Below are positions 7,845 through 15,298 of a stretch of 32,000 nucleotides of DNA, one piece after another; position 1 is the first letter of the stretch; each line of letters starts with the position of its first letter. The stretch lies in the NCBI RefSeq assembly GCF_001735745.1, contig NZ_CP017260.1, forward strand, positions 2,520,001 through 2,552,000, in the 5' to 3' direction. The position numbers and the translations under genes are program-made. The notes under the pieces are model-generated. The model was not told the origin of the DNA. It made no database searches and saw only the letters and a program-made list of their open reading frames with translations. This stretch comes from Formosa sp. Hel1_33_131 (lineage in GTDB: Bacteria; Bacteroidota; Bacteroidia; Flavobacteriales; Flavobacteriaceae).

Positions 7845-8501
7845 TTAGTGCATGCTAATTTTTTCCTTGATTAAAAATTTTCCAAAATCCACAAAGCTTT
7901 TAAGAGGGGAGATGTTAATCAAATCGAAACTTGCGTTGATTGATTTCTCAATAAAAATATCTGTTTTCTCAAAAGATGTAGAAGTGTCATCCAACCAAAA
8001 TTTCATTGTGAGCATCAGTTGAATCCAGTAAGTTTCTTGAACCACACTGTCTTTAATTTGTTCTAATTGTTTATTTTTAATCTGTAGAACTTCAATATCT
8101 AATTGGTCAATGTAGTTCAGAAACTTTGAACGCAACCCTTTTAGTTTTTTTAAGTTCTCAAGTTGGTTGCTGCTTTCGTTTAAAGCATAGACCACATAAC
8201 TTCTATTGGCGGTTAAATTTTCAAAAAATGTAAAGTAGAAACTTAATAATTGATTTCGGGAATCGTAAGTAGGGTAGTCCTTACTGGACTCCAAAGTCTC
8301 TATAGTGTTTGTGAAAAACAGACTGAATATCGTACTTTCAAGGACTTCAAAATTCGCAAAGAATTTATAAAAATCAGCTTCCTCAAAGCCGTTAGATTTT
8401 GCAAAGGTATATATTGATTTCGGAGCGTGGTTGTGTTCTAAGACATGCTCCATATAAAGCTTAACTAGGGTGTTTTGTGTGAGGGTATTTTTTTTGGCCA
8501 T
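7845..8501 (-). CDS. TetR/AcrR-like transcriptional regulator
   Basis: N-terminal HTH-like segment PKSIYTFAKSNGFEEADFYKFFANFEVLE followed by an all-helical C-terminal part. There is a 1-nt gap to the ABC1 kinase gene. Confidence 0.55.
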   Translation of the reverse strand: MAKKNTLTQNTLVKLYMEHVLEHNHAPKSIYTFAKSNGFEEADFYKFFANFEVLESTIFSLFFTNTIETLESSKDYPTYDSRNQLLSFYFTFFENLTANRSYVVYALNESSNQLENLKKLKGLRSKFLNYIDQLDIEVLQIKNKQLEQIKDSVVQETYWIQLMLTMKFWLDDTSTSFEKTDIFIEKSINASFDLINISPLKSFVDFGKFLIKEKISMH

Positions 8502-8521
8502 AACATTTATAGATTATGGTG

Positions 8522-8549
8522 TAAAAATACATTTTGTTTAATAAATGTA
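8522..8549 (-). terminator. Possible intrinsic terminator of the MIP channel gene
   Basis: The minus strand reads TACATTT-ATTAAACA-AAATGTA (7-bp AT-rich stem) followed by TTTTTAC. This is a weak stem. Confidence 0.3.
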
Positions 8550-8555
8550 ATATAA

Positions 8556-8577
8556 AATTAAACAAATATTAACATTT
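8556..8577 (-). promoter_or_regulatory. Conserved 22-nt motif, copy B (identical to 4126-4147)
   Basis: Exact repeat. It lies 55 nt upstream of the TetR-like ATG (8501) and overlaps the last codons and stop of the MIP channel gene. Confidence 0.3.
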
Positions 8578-9228
8578 ATCATCACAACAATTGTCACTTT
8601 TGACAAGCTTACAACTAAAAACTGCAAGGAACATTCCAATAAAAGGTGCTGTAAGATACACCCATAAATGAGTGAAATTTCCAGAAGCAAGGGCAGGTGC
8701 TAAAGAACGAATGGGATTCATGGACGCTTTTGTTAAGGGGCCTGCAAACATGGCTTCTAGTAGAATGACACTTCCGACAGCAATCCCAGCAATGGGACCA
8801 ATTTCTTTACTTCCAGTTGAGACATTAATAATAACAACCATCAAGAAAAAGCTAAGCAGCAATTCTATAATAAAGACCTTCAAAGGTTCAATGTTAGGGA
8901 GTGTGGCTCCTAAATCACTTTCAGGAAAAAGAAACAGCAACACTAAGGAGGCAGCGAATGCTCCTATAAATTGCGCAACTATATATTTGGGAACTTCGTT
9001 CCAACTGAATTTTTTAGCCACTGCAAAGCCTACGGTCACTGCAGGATTAAAATGCGCCCCAGAGATATCTCCAAAAGCATAGATCATGGCCATTACAATA
9101 AGTCCCCAAGTGATGGCAACTCCTGGGTGGGTGATGGTGCCTCCAGTAAAATCATTGATCACCATGGCGCCACAACCACAAAAAATCATGCTAAAGGTTC
9201 CTATCGTTTCAGCGATGTATTTTTTCAT
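8569..9228 (-). CDS. MIP/aquaporin family channel
   Basis: Two half-helix boxes, HFNPAVT and SMNPIRS (the second box is NPI, not NPA). Six hydrophobic segments. Unusual C-terminal tail SDNCCDDKC. Confidence 0.9.
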   Translation of the reverse strand: MKKYIAETIGTFSMIFCGCGAMVINDFTGGTITHPGVAITWGLIVMAMIYAFGDISGAHFNPAVTVGFAVAKKFSWNEVPKYIVAQFIGAFAASLVLLFLFPESDLGATLPNIEPLKVFIIELLLSFFLMVVIINVSTGSKEIGPIAGIAVGSVILLEAMFAGPLTKASMNPIRSLAPALASGNFTHLWVYLTAPFIGMFLAVFSCKLVKSDNCCDDKC

Positions 9229-9742
9229 TCTATTTTTTTTTCAAAGATACAATCAAATTTTGTTATTTTTAGATATTGAAGTTTTACTATAATGTTAATA
9301 TGTATCTATAGTTATATCGGCTTTTGTTGTCAACCTATATACTTGTAAAAGTGACGAATCCTTTTTTATAGATTCTTCAAAAAAAACGTTACGCTAATAA
9401 AGAGTTTCCACTACGCTTAAAACGGATTCCCCTTAAAAAATGCTCTCTTCAAACTATACACTGCTTTCTGAAGTGCTTTTATCTACCTGATATAACTATA
9501 CATTACCCATACAATTGCTATTACATTAGATAATTCCAACCCAGTCCAAATTTTGTAAATCCTTGATTTTCTCAGTTTATTGGTATTCATTTTGTTAAAT
9601 TAGTTATAATCGAAAAGGTTTTTTAGTTTGTATGTTTTTTGTAGTGCTTTTTTTTATCACTCCAATGTTGCTTAGTCCCTATATTTAACAACAGTATAAA
9701 TAATTCTAAAATCAACTTTTAAATTAACTCTATTATTTTTAA

Positions 9743-12700
9743 ATGAACCAAATTATGAGAAACACCTTTATAAGATTAATTCTTTTTTTAATTACAACCA
9801 GCGCATTTGCTCAGGCAGATAAAGTAAAGGTGGTCAATAATGAAGACGGAATGAAATTAGTTGTCAATGGAGAAGACTTCATGATCAACGGAATGAATTG
9901 GGATTACTTCCCAATTGGTACAAATTACTCCTACAGTTTATGGAAGCAATCTGATGATGTCATTAAGGCAGCATTGGACGCAGAAATGGGCTTATTGAAA
10001 AACATGGGAGTCAATGTCATAAGGCAATATACAGGTGTACAGCCAAAATGGATACAATACATCTATGAGAACTATGGTATATATACTATGCTGAATCACT
10101 CCTTTGGACGTTACGGATTGACCGTAAACGGCGGATGGGTAGCAGTGACGGATTATAGAGATCCAGCAACCCAAGAGTTGTTGATGTCTGAAGCAACTAC
10201 ATTGGCTGAAGATTATAAAGACACGCCGGGTTTACTAATGTTCCTATTAGGAAACGAAAATAACTACGGTCTTTTTTGGGCAGGTGCTGAAACAGAAGAT
10301 TTTCCTGATGAAGAAGAAAAAAGAGATTTCGTTGGCGAAGAGCGTGGAAGACCGATGTACAAGCTGATGAACGATGCTACGATTAAAATGAAGAGTATTG
10401 ATTCCTCTCACCCCATAGCAATCTGTAATGGAGATGTCTTATTTATAGACATCATTGCTGAAGAGTGTAAAGACATCGATATTTTCGGAACCAATATGTA
10501 TCGTGGATCTTCTTTTACAGATGCATTCAAAACGGTTAAAGAAAAATTAGACATGCCTATTATGTTAACCGAGTTTGGTGCAGATGCATTTAACGCGATT
10601 GAAAATGCTGAAGACCAAAAAATGCAAGCCTATTATATGGTTGAAAACTGGAAAGATATTTACCAGAATGCTGCAGGTTTAGGGAAATCAGAGAATGCAA
10701 TAGGAGGTTTCACCTTTCAATTTAGCGATGGTTGGTGGAAATTTGGACAAACTAAAAATTTAGACATTCATGACAACAATGCCTCATGGGCAAATGGTGG
10801 TTATGCTTTGGATTTGGCTCCTGGTGAAAATAACATGAACGAAGAATGGTTTGGTATTTGTGCCAAAGGCCCTACAAATACTAGAGGACTTTATACCTTA
10901 TATCCACGTGCAGCATATTATGCATTAAAAACAGCACACCAATTAAATCCTTATGAAGAAGGTGTCACTCCAGAATTTGTAACAACTCATTTTGAGAACA
11001 TTCAATTAATGGATGCAGTTCTTCGAGCAAGAGGAGATAAAGCAGCTTTAGGAGGCAGTGAAAAAATTAAACTAAGCAATTTAAGAGCTGAGTTTTCAAC
11101 CTTTAATACAGGCGGTACACTTATTACAACTCCTGATAATGCAGATCCAAATACAAATGGATATCCAAATGAACTAGGTTTTGATCATATGCAATCTTAC
11201 TTTATTGGTGTAGAAGGGAATCCTACTTCTAATTTGCGTGCCAATGTGAATTTCAACATTCTTGGTCATGTTGCTGAGAATCCAATTGACGAAATATTTT
11301 ATGAAAATACAGGACGTTCATTTGAAGTTACTACAGACGATGGAAATGTAACTATTTCAGATCCAAACAGAGTTAAAATATACAATGCAGAATTTGATTG
11401 GAATGCTAAAGAATTTAATCTTAGAGGGTTTTACAGAACCGGGCATTACCACTGGGCTTATGAAGGCGATTTATTTAACTTGTACAGAGAAGCAAATTAC
11501 GGGCCTAATTTAGATTTGTATAACGGTGAAATTTCAGGTATTGAATTTGATGCCAAGGGAACACTAAAAGGTTTAAAAGCCGCTTTTGGTCCTCAACTTT
11601 GGTGGGGAGCAAATCCAGCAATATTATTGAAATATGGTAGAAATCTAGGTGGCTGGGATGTTGCTGCTGTTTACCACGAAGATATTGATGATGTAGGTAG
11701 GGCTGTTACTTCAATCGCCATACCACTTCCAAAAACACGTAGAGTCTCTTTGGCTGTCGAAAGACAATTTGGAGCTTTTAATTTTGAGATAGGTGGTTTA
11801 TGGGGAGGACAACCTCTAAACGGTCGTGAATTTCAAATAGCGGAAGGTACTACTGATAATTACATCATTTATACAGACAAAATCAACGAAAATGACAACT
11901 GGGGTGCAAAAGCCAAGTTATCCTATGAAAAGGGAGCTTTTAAATGGTATGCACAAGGCGCCAGCATGGGCTTAGTTGCTAATGGTGGATCGGATCAAAC
12001 ACAAACATTTACAGGTTGGAAATTGAAGGATTCTGGAAGTGGAAACCAAAACAACTTCCTTTCTGGTTTTTCATATACGTTTGGGGATTTTCAAATTGCC
12101 CCTAACTTTTTATGGCAAAAACCAATTGTGGGTGCCATGCCAAATGATTTAAATGGAGGCACTGGACGTCTGAGAAATATACAAGACGATCCATTTGCGG
12201 TAAGAGGAAACAGAGAAACCACTGCTGGAGAACTCTTATTTTCTTACGATCCAACACCAGGAACCTGGATGTACGAATGGGACAACGACCGAGCTGAAGA
12301 CGCAAAGTTCGCTTTCAATCTTGGCTTTGTATTTCGTCACCACCCAACAGCACAAGATGCAGCCGTTGGATTTTTAGCAAATCGTACTTCTTTTGCATTT
12401 CCGAATGCAGCACCTGCACAAGATTTATGGGAAGCACATTCACGCATCGTATCTAAAATGACTCCAGAAATTGGATTTATTGCCAACCTATATGCTGGTA
12501 ATGCACAGGCAAATGGTAGCGATCCTCGACTGATTCAACGTGTTGGAGGAGACATTCGATTGATTTATAATAAATTGAAATTGACCCATACATTTAAAAT
12601 TAACGATTGGGGACCTTTTGATTACCACCGAGATTTTAACTTGACGTACCCAGTACAATTAATGTTAGATCTATCGACCACCTTAGGAAAACCAGATTGG

Positions 12701-12892
12701 TTCATCCTTCCAAACACACAAGTAGGTGTCCGTGGAACATGGCGTTCATTAAATGAAAACTCGCCACGTTACTCACCTAATTTTGTGCCAGCTAACACAT
12801 TCCCACCAGTGCCTCCTATTAGTTCGGTAGGATTTCCTGACGGAAGTGAATGGGAAATTAGAACATACATACATATCAATATTGGAAAATAA
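9743..12892 (+). CDS. Secreted fusion protein: N-terminal clan GH-A (beta/alpha)8 glycosidase-like domain + about 620-aa C-terminal beta-barrel-like (putative outer-membrane) domain
   Basis: SPI signal peptide (LITTSAFA|QADK). GH-A motifs FMINGMNWDY, GVNVIRQY, LLGNENNYG (E172) and IMLTEFGAD (E277). The C-terminal part has many amphipathic G/Y/F/W-rich strands and no TM helices. No TonB box, plug or carboxypeptidase-regulatory motifs were recognised. Confidence 0.8.
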   Translation: MNQIMRNTFIRLILFLITTSAFAQADKVKVVNNEDGMKLVVNGEDFMINGMNWDYFPIGTNYSYSLWKQSDDVIKAALDAEMGLLKNMGVNVIRQYTGVQPKWIQYIYENYGIYTMLNHSFGRYGLTVNGGWVAVTDYRDPATQELLMSEATTLAEDYKDTPGLLMFLLGNENNYGLFWAGAETEDFPDEEEKRDFVGEERGRPMYKLMNDATIKMKSIDSSHPIAICNGDVLFIDIIAEECKDIDIFGTNMYRGSSFTDAFKTVKEKLDMPIMLTEFGADAFNAIENAEDQKMQAYYMVENWKDIYQNAAGLGKSENAIGGFTFQFSDGWWKFGQTKNLDIHDNNASWANGGYALDLAPGENNMNEEWFGICAKGPTNTRGLYTLYPRAAYYALKTAHQLNPYEEGVTPEFVTTHFENIQLMDAVLRARGDKAALGGSEKIKLSNLRAEFSTFNTGGTLITTPDNADPNTNGYPNELGFDHMQSYFIGVEGNPTSNLRANVNFNILGHVAENPIDEIFYENTGRSFEVTTDDGNVTISDPNRVKIYNAEFDWNAKEFNLRGFYRTGHYHWAYEGDLFNLYREANYGPNLDLYNGEISGIEFDAKGTLKGLKAAFGPQLWWGANPAILLKYGRNLGGWDVAAVYHEDIDDVGRAVTSIAIPLPKTRRVSLAVERQFGAFNFEIGGLWGGQPLNGREFQIAEGTTDNYIIYTDKINENDNWGAKAKLSYEKGAFKWYAQGASMGLVANGGSDQTQTFTGWKLKDSGSGNQNNFLSGFSYTFGDFQIAPNFLWQKPIVGAMPNDLNGGTGRLRNIQDDPFAVRGNRETTAGELLFSYDPTPGTWMYEWDNDRAEDAKFAFNLGFVFRHHPTAQDAAVGFLANRTSFAFPNAAPAQDLWEAHSRIVSKMTPEIGFIANLYAGNAQANGSDPRLIQRVGGDIRLIYNKLKLTHTFKINDWGPFDYHRDFNLTYPVQLMLDLSTTLGKPDWFILPNTQVGVRGTWRSLNENSPRYSPNFVPANTFPPVPPISSVGFPDGSEWEIRTYIHINIGK
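9821..10957 (+). other. Domain: clan GH-A TIM-barrel glycosidase-like module (GH2/GH5/GH158-type; family not resolvable by eye)
   Basis: Candidate acid/base Glu in GNEN (nt 10256-10258) and candidate nucleophile Glu in LTEFG (nt 10571-10573). They are 105 residues apart, as in retaining GH-A enzymes. Confidence 0.6.
11030..12889 (+). other. Domain: predicted large beta-barrel / all-beta region
   Basis: Alternating-polarity strands include LRANVNFNILG, FNLRGFYRTG, RVSLAVERQFGAFNFEIGGLWG, GAKAKLSYEKGAFKWYAQGASMG, FLSGFSYTFGDFQIAPNFLWQ, FAFNLGFVFRHH, VGGDIRLIYNKLKLTHTFKIN and the terminal EWEIRTYIHINIGK. Membrane-barrel status is inferred, not shown. Confidence 0.45.
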
Positions 12893-12904
12893 AAAACTGT
12901 AAAA

Positions 12905-14314
12905 ATGAAAAATATAAAATTTATGTATTCAAAAATTATGCTCCTCACGGGATTACTTTTTGTAATCACCATGAGTTGTGAGAGAGACATTTCTGATCAG
13001 GTAGAATTTGCACACTTATCTAAAACAGGTGAGATTTTCACAGATTCACCTATTGGACTTGGGAGTGATTTTTACTTTCCATACACAGGTTCAAAAGCAA
13101 CCGCTTGGTCAGTAGACGAAGGCGAAGGTTATGAAAGTTTTGCTTCCATGCGATTTGATGTGCCCAATGCAAATGATCCAGCAGGAAATTATGCAGGAGC
13201 CATATTTAGAGTTGATGGATCAGGACGTGACCTTACTGAATTTGATGCCTTAACCTTTTGGGCGAAAGCATCTCAAGGCGTTGTGATTGGTGAAGTAGGA
13301 TTTGGACAAGACTTTGGACTGAATAAATACCAAGTATCTGAAAACAATGTAAGTTTAAGTACCAACTGGCAAAAATTTGTGATTCCAATTCCAGATGCTT
13401 CAAAACTTTTTGATGAAAGAGGGATGTTTTGGTATTCGGCAGGAACCCAAAATACAGGTGGAAATGGTTATACGTTTTGGATTGATGAATTAAAGTTTGA
13501 AAAACTAGGAACCATCGGACAACCAAGACCCGCCATTTTAAATGGTAATGATGTTGTACAAGATGCCTTTTCAGGAATTGTTTTAGAATTAACAGGCTTA
13601 ACTCAAACCTTCAATTTGGGTTCTGGATTAAATAAAACAGTGAATGTCGCACCAAGTTATTTTGATTTTACATCTTCGGAACCAAGTTTGGCTTTCATAG
13701 ATGAATTTGGGAACATCTCTGTTAGTAGTGGTTCAGCTGTGATAACAGCGACTCTAGGAGGCGTAGAAGCAGAAGGCTCCATGACCATAAATGCAGTCGG
13801 TGCATTTGATGTAGCACCCACGCCAACAAGAGACCCGAGTGATGTGATTTCTATTTTTAGTGATAGTTATACAAACGTTCCAGTGGACTTTTTCAATGGT
13901 TACTGGGAACCTTGGCAAACAACACTGTCTTCTGATTTCGTAGTAGACGGTAACAACATGATCAACTACACTAATTTTAATTTTGTGGGAACTCAATTTG
14001 CCAACCCAACTGTGGATATTACAGATTATCCTAATTTACATGTAAATATCTACATTCCAGAAGAACCTGCCAATCTTGATTTTTTAATTACAGTGAGAGA
14101 TTTTGGGCCTGACCAAGCTGATGGTGGAGGTGATGATACATTCCAACAAATATTCTTTGATGGCGATGATTTTGAAGCAGGTACTTGGAGTACTTTAGAA
14201 GCTCAAATAACCTTGCCGACTCGAAATAATATGGGACTTATTATTTATGAAAACATTAATGGTTCTTCATTAAATGAACTGTATGTAGATAATATTTATT
14301 TTTATAAAAACTAG
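12905..14314 (+). CDS. Surface glycan-binding lipoprotein candidate: CBM-like domain + Ig-like (Big_2-type) domain + CBM-like domain
   Basis: Lipobox LFVITMS-C25 followed by the acidic ERDISD. Big_2-like segment SSEPSLAFIDEFGNISVSSGSAVITATLGGVEAEGSMTI. Beta-sandwich style ends FWIDELKFEKLG and LYVDNIYFYKN. Starts 12 nt after the barrel-fusion gene. Confidence 0.65.
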   Translation: MKNIKFMYSKIMLLTGLLFVITMSCERDISDQVEFAHLSKTGEIFTDSPIGLGSDFYFPYTGSKATAWSVDEGEGYESFASMRFDVPNANDPAGNYAGAIFRVDGSGRDLTEFDALTFWAKASQGVVIGEVGFGQDFGLNKYQVSENNVSLSTNWQKFVIPIPDASKLFDERGMFWYSAGTQNTGGNGYTFWIDELKFEKLGTIGQPRPAILNGNDVVQDAFSGIVLELTGLTQTFNLGSGLNKTVNVAPSYFDFTSSEPSLAFIDEFGNISVSSGSAVITATLGGVEAEGSMTINAVGAFDVAPTPTRDPSDVISIFSDSYTNVPVDFFNGYWEPWQTTLSSDFVVDGNNMINYTNFNFVGTQFANPTVDITDYPNLHVNIYIPEEPANLDFLITVRDFGPDQADGGGDDTFQQIFFDGDDFEAGTWSTLEAQITLPTRNNMGLIIYENINGSSLNELYVDNIYFYKN

Positions 14315-14341
14315 AGGATTATAAATTCAAAAAAACAAAAC

Positions 14342-15274
14342 ATGAATAAAATAAATAAATATAAGTTAAGGATTCAAACACTCGTGTTGATGTCTTTTCT
14401 TTTTGCATCATTTTTCACGATTTCCAGTTGTGATACAGACGAAACCCAAACGGTTGCCACGTTTACAAATTTAACGATGTCTGATGAGTTTGATGTTGAA
14501 GGTGCTCCTAATTCTGAAATTTGGAATTACGATACAGGAACAGGTATCGATGGTTGGGGTAATAATGAGTTGCAATATTATACAGACCGTTCAGAAAATG
14601 TAACCGTACAAAATGGACTGTTAGTAATTTCTGCGATTGAAGAAAATTATAACGGCTCCTCATTTACATCGGCAAAACTGGTTACCAAAGGAAAATTCTC
14701 TCAAGCCTATGGACGTTTTGAAGCACGTATTAAAGTTCCGGGAGGATCAGGTCTTTGGCCTGCATTTTGGCTCTTAGGAGAAAACGTCGATGTGGACGGA
14801 TGGCCTCAATGTGGTGAGATTGATATTATGGAGTACCGCAGACAAGAACCTACAAAAGTAAGCGGCTCTATACACGGACCAGGGTATTCTGGTTTAACAG
14901 ATCCACAGGGACAAGTGACCAAAAGTTACGACTTAGGAAATGACCGTTATGACGCAGGATTCCATGTGTTTGGAATTGAGTGGAGCCCTGATTACATCAA
15001 CTATTATATAGACGATGTATTGTACAATCAAATTACACCTTCTGATATTGAAGTCACACCAGCCGATGCTGTTTACATCCTAAACGATGGTGTTGCAGCG
15101 ACTGCTGATACCGAAGCAATTCCGGGGACTGATATTACTGGGGATTGGGTTTTTAACAAACCCTTCTATATCATTATTAATTTAGCTGTTGGAGGTAATT
15201 TCCCAGGAAATCCTGACAGTGGAGAGACGTTTCCACAAAACATGCTAGTAGATTACGTAAGAGTATATAAATAA
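14342..15274 (+). CDS. GH16 endo-beta-1,3-glucanase (laminarinase) lipoprotein
   Basis: GH16 catalytic motif GEIDIMEY (ExDxxE), plus WPAFWLLG and the MSDEFD start of the jelly-roll. Lipobox FTISS-C30-DTDE. Confidence 0.9.
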   Translation: MNKINKYKLRIQTLVLMSFLFASFFTISSCDTDETQTVATFTNLTMSDEFDVEGAPNSEIWNYDTGTGIDGWGNNELQYYTDRSENVTVQNGLLVISAIEENYNGSSFTSAKLVTKGKFSQAYGRFEARIKVPGGSGLWPAFWLLGENVDVDGWPQCGEIDIMEYRRQEPTKVSGSIHGPGYSGLTDPQGQVTKSYDLGNDRYDAGFHVFGIEWSPDYINYYIDDVLYNQITPSDIEVTPADAVYILNDGVAATADTEAIPGTDITGDWVFNKPFYIIINLAVGGNFPGNPDSGETFPQNMLVDYVRVYK

Positions 15275-15298
15275 TAAAAACAACTAATATAACAGACG

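Noticed and set aside
8672-9292. Plus-strand ORFs of 136, 102 and 68 aa overlapping the MIP channel gene.
   Set aside because: The minus-strand frame carries NPA/NPI boxes and six TM segments. The plus-strand products are low-complexity with no motifs.
9483-9590. 35-codon minus-strand ORF (MNTNKLRKSRIYKIWTGLELSNVIAIVWVMYSYIR) in the long leader region.
   Set aside because: There is no recognisable family or supporting signal, and short ORFs are expected by chance in 514 nt of AT-rich DNA. It is mentioned only as something to check with ribosome profiling.
9743-12892. Possibility that the 1049-aa first gene of the locus is simply a divergent SusC-like TonB-dependent transporter (right size, right position).
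   Set aside because: No TonB box, no carboxypeptidase-regulatory-like N-terminal domain and no plug-domain motifs are recognisable. The N-terminal 400 aa instead carry clear clan GH-A glycosidase motifs (GNEN, LTEFG). An HMM search should still be run.
12769-12990. 73-aa minus-strand ORF spanning the junction between the barrel-fusion gene and the 469-aa lipoprotein gene.
   Set aside because: It overlaps the ends of two well-supported plus-strand genes, so it is an antisense artefact.
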